A stretch of 64,000 nt of DNA from Bacteroidota bacterium (lineage in GTDB: Bacteria > Bacteroidota > Bacteroidia > Bacteroidales > VadinHA17), in assembly GCA_018262715.1 (NCBI GenBank), contig JADFDS010000044.1:41527-105526 (forward strand), written 5' to 3'. The notes beneath the pieces are model-generated. The model saw only the letters and a list, made by a program, of their open reading frames with translations. It was not told the DNA's origin and searched no databases. Positions 53,201 through 62,959 of the stretch are shown here, in pieces. Numbering within the stretch: the stretch's first letter is position 1; each line of letters starts with the position of its first letter. Made by a program: the position numbers and the translations under genes.

Positions 53201-54112
53201 ATGAAAAAGTCATTACTATTTCTTTCGGCCCTCCTGCTGGGAGTGGTGGTATGTGCCCAGGAGAGGCACATCATTACTACTGACGGTGTAGACCTTTATG
53301 TAAATGTCAAAGGTGAAGGAACTCCCTGTCTTTATCTCCACGGTGGCCCGGGAAGCGGGTCATACTGGCTTGAGAAGTTTGCCGGCGACTCGCTCGAAAA
53401 GCATTTCCGGATGATTTATCTCGACCAGAGAGGTGTGGGCCGCTCCTCCAGTCCCGCTGACGGCAACTATTCGATGGACAGAATGGTGAAAGACTTCGAG
53501 GAGGTAAGGGAAGCGCTGGGAATCAGCCGGTGGATCACGCTGGGGCACTCGTTCGGAGGCCTTCTGCAGATGGGCTATTCACTGAGGCACCCGCCGGCAG
53601 TTGAAGCCATGGTAATGATAAACTGCTCGCTGAACATGGGGCTAAACTACAAGACCAGCTGGTGCCCGAAAGCCTGTGAATTGCTGGGAATCACTGACAG
53701 AAGCTATTTCGTGGATGAATCGATCCCGCTCCACGTCCGTTGGGACAGCCTGATCACTGCCCTGAACAGCAGTGACATGATGTGGAAGATGGGTTTCGCT
53801 TCGCGCGAAGAGATGAATATAATGAACAGCACATACGGTGAGTTGCCATCGTGGAACGGCGATTTCAGCGAAGCGGCGATGAGGATGGATGATTATGGTG
53901 AAGACTTCACTGAAGCCACCGCGAAGGTCAACATGCCCGTTCTCTTCATATACAGTACCAGGGATTGGATGATCGGACCGGAGCACTACAAAACGGCACA
54001 GTTCCCTGAGATGATGCTGGTCAGCATCGATGCGGCACATATGCCCTTCTTCGGCGACAATGCCGCGGTCATGAAAGCAATCAGTACCTTCCGGAAGAGA
54101 TACAGGCTGTAA
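53201..54112 (+). CDS. Alpha/beta hydrolase (proline-iminopeptidase-like)
   Basis: HGGPG oxyanion motif and nucleophile elbow GHSFGG, with a signal peptide. Confidence 0.8.
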   Translation: MKKSLLFLSALLLGVVVCAQERHIITTDGVDLYVNVKGEGTPCLYLHGGPGSGSYWLEKFAGDSLEKHFRMIYLDQRGVGRSSSPADGNYSMDRMVKDFEEVREALGISRWITLGHSFGGLLQMGYSLRHPPAVEAMVMINCSLNMGLNYKTSWCPKACELLGITDRSYFVDESIPLHVRWDSLITALNSSDMMWKMGFASREEMNIMNSTYGELPSWNGDFSEAAMRMDDYGEDFTEATAKVNMPVLFIYSTRDWMIGPEHYKTAQFPEMMLVSIDAAHMPFFGDNAAVMKAISTFRKRYRL

Positions 54113-54224
54113 TATCCGGGGGATTCCCTTTGATTTTCGTAAATTGTTGTCCGGATTTTACATCTGCGGATTGATCTGTGAACTCCTTGAATGTAATTTC
54201 CTTTATCAGAAAAAGTTATCTACA

Positions 54225-54650
54225 ATGGCAGAGCTTAAAACAAAGAAAAGCGGGGCTGATGTTAATGAATTCATTAACTCATTTGCCGACACCGAACAAA
54301 AGCGGAAGGATAGTTTCGAACTGTTGAAGCTGATGCGTGAGTTCACCGGCTTCGAGCCGAAGATGTGGGGTGCATCCATGATCGGATTCGGACAGTATCA
54401 TTACAAATCAGAGCGCAGCAGCCAGGAGGGCGACTGGCCACTCGTTGGTTTTTCACCGCGAAAAGCGGCTATCTCGCTGTACGTTTATACCGGGGCGCCC
54501 GAACATGAGCACCTGCTGGAGGGGCTCGGCAAATTCAAGAAGGGTGCAGCGTGCATCTATGTTAAAAAGCTGTCTGACATTGACCAGGAAGCTCTGAAGA
54601 AGCTGATGAAGACAACCATCGGATTCCTCCAGGCCAGGCACGGAAAGTAA
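54225..54650 (+). CDS. DUF1801 (YdhG-like) domain protein
   Basis: The pattern VNEFINSF...KRKDSFELLKLM...PKMWG.SMIGFG.YHY...G.W..VGFSPRK..ISLY is typical of the family. Confidence 0.7.
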   Translation: MAELKTKKSGADVNEFINSFADTEQKRKDSFELLKLMREFTGFEPKMWGASMIGFGQYHYKSERSSQEGDWPLVGFSPRKAAISLYVYTGAPEHEHLLEGLGKFKKGAACIYVKKLSDIDQEALKKLMKTTIGFLQARHGK

Positions 54651-54666
54651 CCTCAAACATAGAACC

Positions 54667-55188
54667 ATGAAAGGCAGAATTCTGACAGTAATGATCACAG
54701 CGCTGGTTACGATAATCCTGATCGCTGTGGCAGTTTATCTTATCTTCGGCTTCAGTTCCAAACCGGGCAAAATCATGTCCGTCAATTCCCCGCAGGGATC
54801 ATTTGAAGCATATGTGGTTGAAAGTCCTTCGGCGGACCCGCCCAAACAGAGTCTTTTCATTGCAAAAGCCGGCACCGGTGAGTTCAGGCTCGTTGCCAGC
54901 CTGCCCGAGGATATTGAGTCGGCGCATAAAATTTACTGGACTGAAGACGGCAATAAAGCCATCTTCGTAACCAGCTGGCACCTGTTCGTTACGGATGTTC
55001 AGACATTCAATACGATGAAGATAAGCCTCAATCCCGACTGGTGGAAGATGCACGAGGGGAAGAAGACCTTTTCAAGCTCCGGCACCTCTGTTGTTATGGA
55101 AGAGCTCATTCTGAACGGGTCTGACAGTCTGACCTACAGGACGAACCTGATGACTCAGCCTGTGACGGTAAGCCTGACTGGTCTCTGA
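54667..55188 (+). CDS. Hypothetical membrane-anchored protein
   Basis: N-terminal TM segment (ILTVMITALVTIILIAVAVYLIF). 173 aa with no recognised motif. Confidence 0.55.
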   Translation: MKGRILTVMITALVTIILIAVAVYLIFGFSSKPGKIMSVNSPQGSFEAYVVESPSADPPKQSLFIAKAGTGEFRLVASLPEDIESAHKIYWTEDGNKAIFVTSWHLFVTDVQTFNTMKISLNPDWWKMHEGKKTFSSSGTSVVMEELILNGSDSLTYRTNLMTQPVTVSLTGL

Positions 55189-55203
55189 TGATCACAATCC
55201 CGG

Positions 55204-55365
55204 ATGGAACAAAGAGATTACCTGCTTCGCGAGATTGAAAAGACAGGAGCCATCATCATGGCTATCCGCCGGAAGCTCTTTGGCAGGACGGATGAACCAG
55301 CCATATCCGTGGAGAACCAGGCCGAAGCGCTGCAGGATGACAGGCCGGAAGAACGCAACCATTGA
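55204..55365 (+). CDS. Possible small ORF (53 aa), below the track cutoff
   Basis: Own translation: MEQRDYLLREIEKTGAIIMAIRRKLFGRTDEPAISVENQAEALQDDRPEERNH. It fills an otherwise empty gap. There is no further support. Confidence 0.3.
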   Translation: MEQRDYLLREIEKTGAIIMAIRRKLFGRTDEPAISVENQAEALQDDRPEERNH

Positions 55366-55383
55366 AAGGATAATTGCATCAAT

Positions 55384-55938
55384 GTGAAAAGTACCATTGT
55401 GAAATCTATTGTCATATTAACACTTATTGCCCTTCTGTGCCCCGGATGCGACAAGGGCAGCTTCGACTTCAATAATCCTGATGTCACCGGGTTCGTCAGA
55501 CAACTTGAAAACGGGACCTATAACCAGTATGAATACACCGAAGATGGTGAGCGGCTCTGGACGAAGATGCCTGCTTTTCAGAAGAAAGATATACCTGAAC
55601 TGATCAGCCTGGCGAAGGAAACCGGACTGATCTCCCCGTGCGATCATTTCCCGGTCAATCCGATATCTTCCATGTGGCCGTTCAGGGTTGTTGACGGCAG
55701 GGAATGCATTATGCTTGGTGAATACCTGTTATGGTGTGCCGAGGCTGTCATTGAAGGAAAGGACTTCGCCTCGCTCAACCCGGTGCTCTACAATAAGGAT
55801 TACCCCAATGATCAGCGCCTCGACGCCGCTGAGATCATGGCCGTAAGAAAGCTTTACCAGGAGTGGTGGGATGAGTACGGGCACCAGGCTGACCCGGAAA
55901 AACTACCGCTTGAAGGAACCGTTTACATCTGGAGATAA
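55384..55938 (+). CDS. Hypothetical lipoprotein
   Basis: GTG start and lipobox LLCPGC. 184 aa. Confidence 0.6.
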   Translation: MKSTIVKSIVILTLIALLCPGCDKGSFDFNNPDVTGFVRQLENGTYNQYEYTEDGERLWTKMPAFQKKDIPELISLAKETGLISPCDHFPVNPISSMWPFRVVDGRECIMLGEYLLWCAEAVIEGKDFASLNPVLYNKDYPNDQRLDAAEIMAVRKLYQEWWDEYGHQADPEKLPLEGTVYIWR

Positions 55939-55958
55939 ACCCTTATTTTTTCTTTACA

Positions 55959-56318
55959 ATGATTAAGTACCACAAGACAGCAAAAGGCATATCCATTGCC
56001 GAGATCCTGCCTGGTTCAGAGACAATAGGCACCACTGAAGACCTGCTTGATATCCTCGCCGATGCCGGCTATAACGGCAGCACCGGGCTGATAATCCATT
56101 CCGCAACACTTACCGGCAGTTTCTTTGACCTGAAGACAGGCATCGCGGGTGAGATACTGCAAAAGTTCTCCAACTACAGGATGAGACTTGCCATCATCGG
56201 CGACTTCGCGAATGTCAGGAGCAAGGCACTTCGCGATTTCATCCGCGAGAGCAACACCCGCGGAACGATAAACTTCGTGGAAACGGCTGAGGAAGCCTTA
56301 AGCAGGTTAGAAAAATGA
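55959..56318 (+). CDS. DUF4180 domain protein
   Basis: FFDLKTGIAGEILQKFSNYRMRLAIIGDF...RDFIRESN.G..I.FV matches my recollection of DUF4180. Confidence 0.7.
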   Translation: MIKYHKTAKGISIAEILPGSETIGTTEDLLDILADAGYNGSTGLIIHSATLTGSFFDLKTGIAGEILQKFSNYRMRLAIIGDFANVRSKALRDFIRESNTRGTINFVETAEEALSRLEK

Positions 56319-56881
56319 TAGTTGAACCCACTGTCATTACCGGATTGATTATTGTCATTCCCATCCTGCTGACCAGGTATCTGCTGACATCGCTTCTGAG
56401 TAAGGAGGCTGTCAGGCGGGCGGCATTCTTCCCTCCCACCCGGGGTCTTGAGAAACCTGCATACCTGGTAAATATCGGGACCACCCTGCTGCTTCTGGTC
56501 ATTCCTTTTTTCCTGAGGATTAAGCTTAACGGTTTCATGGGTATTGCAGGCGTCTGCCTGTCACTGGCGGCCCTGGTTCTTTATGGTATGAGCATCGTTC
56601 AATTCGCGAGGCCTGATGCCGGCGGCATAAACCGGTCGGGATTGTACGCCGTCTCGCGCAACCCGATGTACGTCGCATTTTTCCTCTACTTTCTGGGTGC
56701 ATGCATGGTTACCCGTTCGTGGCTTCTGCTGGCAATCCTGCTGGTTTTCCAGGTTTCCGTTCACTTCATGATCCTCGCCGAGGAGCGGTGGTGCAGGGAG
56801 ACATTCGGGGAAACCTTCGATAAATACATGGAGAAAGTAAGCCGGTACGGCTTAGGCCATTATAAAAGCATCCTGCACTAA
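56315..56881 (+). CDS. Membrane methyltransferase, ICMT/PEMT-like
   Basis: GLYAVSRNPMYVAFFLYFLG and EERWCRETFGETFDKY motifs. ATGA overlap with the DUF4180 gene. Confidence 0.65.
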   Translation: MIVEPTVITGLIIVIPILLTRYLLTSLLSKEAVRRAAFFPPTRGLEKPAYLVNIGTTLLLLVIPFFLRIKLNGFMGIAGVCLSLAALVLYGMSIVQFARPDAGGINRSGLYAVSRNPMYVAFFLYFLGACMVTRSWLLLAILLVFQVSVHFMILAEERWCRETFGETFDKYMEKVSRYGLGHYKSILH

Positions 56882-56983
56882 TCGCTCTCTTCATAGCTGA
56901 ACAGTTTGTCAGGTGATTAACACTGTATATATTTGTTTTTACATGACGGAGATCCGATGATCTGCCATGAATAACCCCAAAAA

Positions 56984-57903
56984 ATGTCTGCCATGAAACG
57001 TAATCTTATCTGCCTGCCTGCCGTCCTGTTGCCACTTCTCCTCATCACCGGCTGCCAGCCAGGGACACAATCCCGGTATTCACCCGAAACGGAGGAGAGG
57101 ATAAAACTGGTCGAAAACAACCTGGGCGACTGGGTAAAAGGTTACGGCTGGGCCGATGTCGACGAAAAGCGACCGGTGACGGAGAAAACCCTGTTCCAGG
57201 CAGCATCTATCAGCAAGTCGCTCAACGGAGTGGGTGTGTTGAAACTGGTGCAGGACGGGAAGCTGGATCTTTATACTGATATAAATCAGTACCTTAAATC
57301 ATGGAAATTCCCCTATGACAGTGTCTCCGGGGGCAAGCCCATAACACTGTCCGCCCTCCTGAGCCACACTGCAGGGCTGACAATACACGGATTTCCCGGA
57401 TACGCACAGGGCGACACTCTCCCGTCGGTTCAGCAGGTAGTCGACGGACAGAAGCCCGCCAACACTGAAGCTGTACGCTCCTTCATAGAGCCTGGTACCT
57501 GCGTTGTTTATTCAGGAGGAGGAACCACGATAACCCAGCAGATAGTGACCGATGTCACAGGCCGGCCCTATGATGAGTATATGCAGAAGAACGTCATTGA
57601 CCCTATGGGAATGAAATCCAGTTCATACAGGCAACCTCCGGCCGGAACAGACACCAGCCTGCTGGCAACAGGTTACAAGGCAGACGGCACCAGGGTAGAT
57701 GGCAAATTCCATATCTATCCCGAGCAGGCCGCGGCCGGACTGTGGACCAATCCCACCGACCTGTCTGGGTGAAGGCTTACTTCACCTATGATACGGATTT
57801 CTTCGTCAGGGAGTCGCGCGAGGACATGAAATTTATACTTGACCCGGCCGGCAAAGTCACCGGCTTCAGCGCCGGCGGAACTCTGGTCAGGAAGGTGAAC
57901 TGA
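56984..57903 (+). pseudogene. Degraded beta-lactamase-fold serine hydrolase (frameshift/deletion)
   Basis: The SxxK motif is retained (AASISKSL). The ORF stops at 57772, right after ...GLWTNPTDLS. The family C-terminal module resumes in another frame (VKAYFTYDTDFFVRESREDMKFILDPAGKVTGFSAGGTLVRKVN, 57769-57903). The N-terminal region also looks shortened. Confidence 0.7.
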
Positions 57904-58090
57904 ATCCTGAGCATGCCGGCCTGTTCCGGAACTATGTTGAGAACCAGTCATATGAAAACAACATGCCGGGGACTGTGATCACCACCGGTACCTGGCTTCT
58001 GGCCGCCATTGTACAATGAAATAATAAAATCAACGCCATCATATATAATACGGATAATTAAGGACGGGGAAAACACAAAACACCATAATA

Positions 58091-59545
58091 ATGAAAAGAT
58101 ACTATGCCATTGCAATCCTGGTTTTTATGAGTATTACCGGCTTGTCACAGAGTCCGCGCATGGACTATTCTGAAGCATTCAAACTGATTGAAGTATGGCT
58201 CGATGCACAGAGGGATTATGAACGTCTTCCTGCACTGACCGCAGCGGTGGTTCATGACCAGGAGGTGCTCTGGGCAGGCGCATTCGGACTGGCTAACGCT
58301 GAAGATTCAGTTAAGGCTGAACCTTCAACCATCTTCAGCATTTGCTCCATCTCGAAACTCTTTACCTCTGTGGCAATTATGAAACTGTATGACGAGGGGA
58401 AACTCAGGCTGGATGACGAGATTGGTGATCTTTTGCCCTGGTATGACCTTAAACAAAAATACCCTGAAAGCGGACCAATAACCGTTAGAAGCCTTCTTAC
58501 CCATTCATCCGGTTTGCCAAGGGAAGCAGACATACCTTACTGGACGGCTCCCGACTTCCGGTTTCCGTCACGTGACCAGGTAAAAGCAGCGCTGGGCAAC
58601 CAGGAGACGCTGTATCCCTCATCAACCATCTTCCAGTACAGCAACCTTGGCATGAGTTTGCTTGGCGAGGTAGTTGAGCAGGTATCAGGTATGCCGTATG
58701 ACGAATACATGGAAAGAAACATACTCGGGCCTCTGGGGCTGAATGAGACAGGAACCAGTTTGCCTGAAGCCTGTCACGGGACAAGGATGGCAGTAGGATA
58801 CAGTGCCGTGAACCGGAACCTGGAAAGGAAAGAAGTGAACTTTTTCCAGGCTAATGCCATTAAGCCTGCGGCAGGATTCTCATCAACTGTCCTTGACCTG
58901 GCGAAATTTGCCTCCTGGCAGTTCCGCCTGATGGATACAACCTCAGAAGAAGTACTGAAACCATCCACACTGAAATACATGCATAATGTCCACTGGACAG
59001 ATCCGGACTGGAATATAACATGGGGCCTGGGCTTTGTCGTTACCAGGGGTGAGGATGGGAACACGTGGATTGGCCATGGAGGGGAATGTCCGGGCTACAG
59101 GACACTTTTACAGTTATGTCCGAAAACAAAGCTGGCAATATCCATAATGATCAATGCCAACAACACAAATCCCGACAAATATGCAGGTGCAATAAATGCC
59201 ATACTGGCCGGAGCTGTGGCAACCACTCCGAGAGACTCCGGTATACCCGGAAAGAAGAATGCTGATCTCCAGGATTATGTCGGATATTATTCTGATCAAC
59301 CCGCAACCAGTGAACTGTATATCTCCACATGGGGAGGTGACCTTATTTTACTTACGCTTCCGAATGACGACCCGGCAGGCTCAATGGTCCTTTACAGGCA
59401 AGTCGGGAAAGACACCTTCCGGAGAGTCGGGAATGACGGTGAGCTGCGGGAGACCCTGGTATTTGAACGTGACACGGACGGGCGGGTGTTCAGGTACAAA
59501 ACCTTTGAGAATTACGTTATCAGAATAAGCCGGAAGCAGGCATAA
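58091..59545 (+). CDS. Beta-lactamase-fold serine hydrolase (intact paralog)
   Basis: SxxK in FSICSISKLFTSVAIMKL, a YSN motif (FQYSNLG), an HGG region (IGHGGECPGY) and a C-terminal lipocalin-like module. Confidence 0.85.
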   Translation: MKRYYAIAILVFMSITGLSQSPRMDYSEAFKLIEVWLDAQRDYERLPALTAAVVHDQEVLWAGAFGLANAEDSVKAEPSTIFSICSISKLFTSVAIMKLYDEGKLRLDDEIGDLLPWYDLKQKYPESGPITVRSLLTHSSGLPREADIPYWTAPDFRFPSRDQVKAALGNQETLYPSSTIFQYSNLGMSLLGEVVEQVSGMPYDEYMERNILGPLGLNETGTSLPEACHGTRMAVGYSAVNRNLERKEVNFFQANAIKPAAGFSSTVLDLAKFASWQFRLMDTTSEEVLKPSTLKYMHNVHWTDPDWNITWGLGFVVTRGEDGNTWIGHGGECPGYRTLLQLCPKTKLAISIMINANNTNPDKYAGAINAILAGAVATTPRDSGIPGKKNADLQDYVGYYSDQPATSELYISTWGGDLILLTLPNDDPAGSMVLYRQVGKDTFRRVGNDGELRETLVFERDTDGRVFRYKTFENYVIRISRKQA

Positions 59546-59665
59546 TTCAACCCGGCTATAGCCAAAGGCTAACATCCTGGCATTCTTAAATCGTTATTAA
59601 TAACTTTGAAATCACTGTACTGTGATACTATCACCGCTTATCAGATTTCTGAATTCAGACCAAAG

Positions 59666-60781
59666 ATGAAAAACACAAAGATCAGGCAAATCATTCTGAT
59701 ATTGTTGCCACTGGCGCAACCAGTTTATTCCCAGAATAATAATTACATCCAGGCCGATAGTGTAATGACGATTGGCATAGACCTTATTAAAGGATTGCCA
59801 AATCAGAACTCGCAATTCGTAGCGGTGAAAAGGAAGGCCGGGGAGATCAGGTATCTTCCTTATCAGTTAACAGGATATGGTTTCCGGGGCGGGCCGGAGT
59901 ACGTTTCCAGAAGCATCATTGTAAACGGTCAGCCTGAAAGGGTTTTCCTTGAAAGAATCAGCAAGGGGAGAATTAATCTTTACTATTATACTGAAAAAGG
60001 CCTCAAAACCTACTTCCTGGAGAAGGATAGCACGGTCTTCGCTGAAATACCTGATCGCTATGATTTCCGGGCACCGATCCTCGAACATACTTCTGACTTT
60101 AACTGGAAAGCCAGCCAGGTTCAGCTGGCCCGTTACCACAGGAATTCACTTAAGAAACTGATTTCGATGTACAACAAGGGCATAAACCGGCCGCTTCCGT
60201 TCCCCAGGTTCGGAGTTGCAGCAGGCTATTCAGTGATGAACCTGGCTGTGCCGGTGGGGCTGAATGTCGGAGAGGCGCCTTTTCTTTCCTTTTCACCGGC
60301 CTCATCCCCTCAGGTGGGGATTTTCGCCGACCTGCCCGTCTTAGTGAGTGATTTCTCCGTCAATACGGGAGTGTATCTTTCTAAGCACGGCTTCAGCGCC
60401 AATTCTGTTACCTCCATGGCAGACATAGATGTCGTGGTCAACCTGATCTCGGCAAGATTGCCCGTGCTGCTCCGTTACACGGTCCCGACACTGACCTGGC
60501 GACCCTTCATCAATGCCGGCGGCATCGGTTCCTGGCATTTGAAGTATAAAAGAGAGATTTATGAATCCACCATCAGGGAGAACAGTATAATCATCAATGA
60601 GGTTGAGTCTTCATCTGTCTCTTCCCGTGTGAGGTTTGGCTATTCTGCCGGGGCGGGCATGCAGTATAACCTGAACAACAGGAACGCTGCCTCCCTGGAG
60701 GTGAGATACAGTCAGTTCCCCGCGACACTAAGGGAATCAGACATGAGTTTCACTGAAGTCTTACTAAGTTATTCCTTCTGA
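59666..60781 (+). CDS. Outer-membrane beta-barrel protein with a soluble N-terminal domain
   Basis: Signal peptide from the ATG at 59666. The C-terminal half has alternating strands ending ...VRFGYSAGAGMQYNL...LEVRYSQF...LLSYSF. Confidence 0.6.
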   Translation: MKNTKIRQIILILLPLAQPVYSQNNNYIQADSVMTIGIDLIKGLPNQNSQFVAVKRKAGEIRYLPYQLTGYGFRGGPEYVSRSIIVNGQPERVFLERISKGRINLYYYTEKGLKTYFLEKDSTVFAEIPDRYDFRAPILEHTSDFNWKASQVQLARYHRNSLKKLISMYNKGINRPLPFPRFGVAAGYSVMNLAVPVGLNVGEAPFLSFSPASSPQVGIFADLPVLVSDFSVNTGVYLSKHGFSANSVTSMADIDVVVNLISARLPVLLRYTVPTLTWRPFINAGGIGSWHLKYKREIYESTIRENSIIINEVESSSVSSRVRFGYSAGAGMQYNLNNRNAASLEVRYSQFPATLRESDMSFTEVLLSYSF

Positions 60782-60783
60782 TC

Positions 60784-62493
60784 ATGAAAAGGAAACTGGC
60801 TGAACCGGGAATCCTCTTTCTCTGCATTTTACTCCTTGCGGGCTGTGAGGATGCTGAAAGGGGCCCGAAGGATTATCCTTTCGTACAAATGGATAATGTC
60901 GATGTTCTGTCAGACGGAGTCACCTTCCAGGCCCGGATTACCAGCCCCGGAACTCAGAACATCGTTTCATACGGATTCGTCTGGAACGAGACTGACAATA
61001 CTGAATTCGAAACCTGGTCAGAAAAGGAATTAACAGGGATCCTGAGTGGCGGTACATTCCAGGCAGAAGTCCATACTGATATTGTAAAGGATCAGGTTTA
61101 TCATGTGAGACCCTTCGTAAAGACTGTAGAAACGACTGTATTCGGACCAGTCACCATGTTCACAGGCAGGGGTTCGAGGCCGGCAAGGGTGACGGACTAC
61201 AGTCCGAAGGAGGGATTCGACGGCACCGTGGTCAAGATGTACGGTTCAAATTTCAGCCAGAAACAGGGGAACCTGTCAGTCTTCGTTGACATTGCCCCTG
61301 CAGAGATAATAATATCTTCTGAAGACTCATTGGTCTTTAAAATACCTGAAACACCTCTGGCTGGCCGCGTCCGGTTAAAAGTGGTTTCCGGAGACCGGGA
61401 GATCATAATAGAAAATGCATTTGAAATTTTTGGCCCCGAAATATTTGAAAGCTCAGTTACAGAAGGTTACGCTGGTGACATAATAACCATCAGGGGCAAA
61501 AACCTTACCCACTATGGCCCGCCCACGCTCCACTTTGACTCATTTGTGGCTGAAACAATTGAGTCAGAAGAAGATCAGGTAACCGCCGTGATACCTTTTG
61601 TAAACAACTTCTATCACGATAAGGCAGTTAGCGTCTCCTTCTTCAGCGGACAGAAATTCGGCGGCCTGAATACTCCTTTCACCGTTAAAAAATCGTGGGA
61701 CACAAAGACTCCCACTCCCTTTGACTGGACCTGGACCTATGATGCCTTCAGCTATAACGGCAAGGGATACATCCTCGAGATAAACGCCAAACTGCTGTAT
61801 GAGTATGATCCTGTTGCAGACAGTTGGGATCCGGTCTCAGACTTCCCGGGCGAACGCTCAGAAAACAACATTTTCCTCCCCCATGATGATAAGTTCATCG
61901 TTATCGGCGGAAATACCGACGGCGCCTCATGCCCGGTCTGGGAATACGATTTCACAACAAAAATATGGACCAGGCAGGACGATGCGCCATTCATCTTTAC
62001 ACTGGCAACCCACGTCACCCTGAATGGCCTGGAATATATAATTACCGACAGCGGACTGGTCTGCACGTACAACTATTCGACACGCGGGTTCACAAAGAAA
62101 TACCACTTCCTTCACCCCGTCAACCTGTTTTTGTTTGCATACATCGCGAACGGAAAAATACATTTGGTTACATACGGATCCACATGGTCATATGACGAAG
62201 GCACGGACAGCTGGACAAAAGTCTCGGATAACCAATTCGAGAAAGATTACTACTATGTTCCTGCCATTGGATTTTATTACAGCGGAAGTCCCTATGTGCT
62301 GGAAGATGGCGTTGAACTTTACAAGTACCTTGCTGATTATGACAGATGGGTCCTGTGCGGGTACTATCCCGGATGCCGCGGGGACAATTCATACAAGACC
62401 GTGTTTGTCATCGGTGACTACGCTTACGTTGCAGCCACAACCAGCAACTATGACGGATGCGCCCCGTTGCATTTTGCATACCGTGACCGGTAA
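60784..62493 (+). CDS. Lipoprotein with IPT/TIG repeats and a Kelch-like beta-propeller
   Basis: Lipobox LLLAGC. Two IPT-like modules are present (VTDYSPKEGFDGTVVKMYGSNF...; ITIRGKNLT...). The C-terminal repeats are W/Y-rich blades (YEYDPVADSWDPV; WEYDFTTKIWTRQ; WSYDEGTDSWTKV). It starts 3 nt after the barrel gene. Confidence 0.65.
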   Translation: MKRKLAEPGILFLCILLLAGCEDAERGPKDYPFVQMDNVDVLSDGVTFQARITSPGTQNIVSYGFVWNETDNTEFETWSEKELTGILSGGTFQAEVHTDIVKDQVYHVRPFVKTVETTVFGPVTMFTGRGSRPARVTDYSPKEGFDGTVVKMYGSNFSQKQGNLSVFVDIAPAEIIISSEDSLVFKIPETPLAGRVRLKVVSGDREIIIENAFEIFGPEIFESSVTEGYAGDIITIRGKNLTHYGPPTLHFDSFVAETIESEEDQVTAVIPFVNNFYHDKAVSVSFFSGQKFGGLNTPFTVKKSWDTKTPTPFDWTWTYDAFSYNGKGYILEINAKLLYEYDPVADSWDPVSDFPGERSENNIFLPHDDKFIVIGGNTDGASCPVWEYDFTTKIWTRQDDAPFIFTLATHVTLNGLEYIITDSGLVCTYNYSTRGFTKKYHFLHPVNLFLFAYIANGKIHLVTYGSTWSYDEGTDSWTKVSDNQFEKDYYYVPAIGFYYSGSPYVLEDGVELYKYLADYDRWVLCGYYPGCRGDNSYKTVFVIGDYAYVAATTSNYDGCAPLHFAYRDR

Positions 62494-62668
62494 CCTCCCA
62501 CTGCTGGCACCTCGGGTCTTGAGGCTCTGACACGATCCGGCACCTCCCTGTGTTGAGGATCTGCCCCTATCCGGCACAGTCGGGCATGAAAGTCTCTGCC
62601 CGGGATTTCCCCCCGTGACCCGGTCAGGCATCGGGACCTCCACCTCACGTATTGAGACAATATCGAAG

Positions 62669-62959
62669 ATGGATGGCGTCGGCTTCACCTGGGCACCGGA
62701 CGAAGGGCTCAGAATCGGCCCCACCTATCGTATCGATTACCATATCATCGAAGGGAAGGCAAGGTACCCGAGCTATTTCGTGGTGAAGGACGGCGGGGAG
62801 ATGATTAAGGTCGAAAAGGAGAATTTTGATCCTCTGTTTGAACAGTTATTTGGCGACTGCCCCGCGATGCAGGAAGAGCTGGCCATGAACCCGGACCTGA
62901 AAAAGTTTAAAAACTTCATGATTCTTGCGGAGGTCTATAACAGGCTCTGTGCGCTCTAA
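62669..62959 (+). CDS. Hypothetical small protein (possibly a remnant)
   Basis: ORF with a plausible ATG at 62669. It is preceded by about 170 nt of GC-rich non-coding-looking sequence, and I recognise no motif. Confidence 0.35.
   Translation: MDGVGFTWAPDEGLRIGPTYRIDYHIIEGKARYPSYFVVKDGGEMIKVEKENFDPLFEQLFGDCPAMQEELAMNPDLKKFKNFMILAEVYNRLCAL

Noticed and set aside
62505-62530. A TGGCAC hexamer that could be another sigma54 -24 box
   Set aside because: It is followed by CTCGGGTCTTGA with no TTGC at the required spacing, and there is no convincing gene start downstream.
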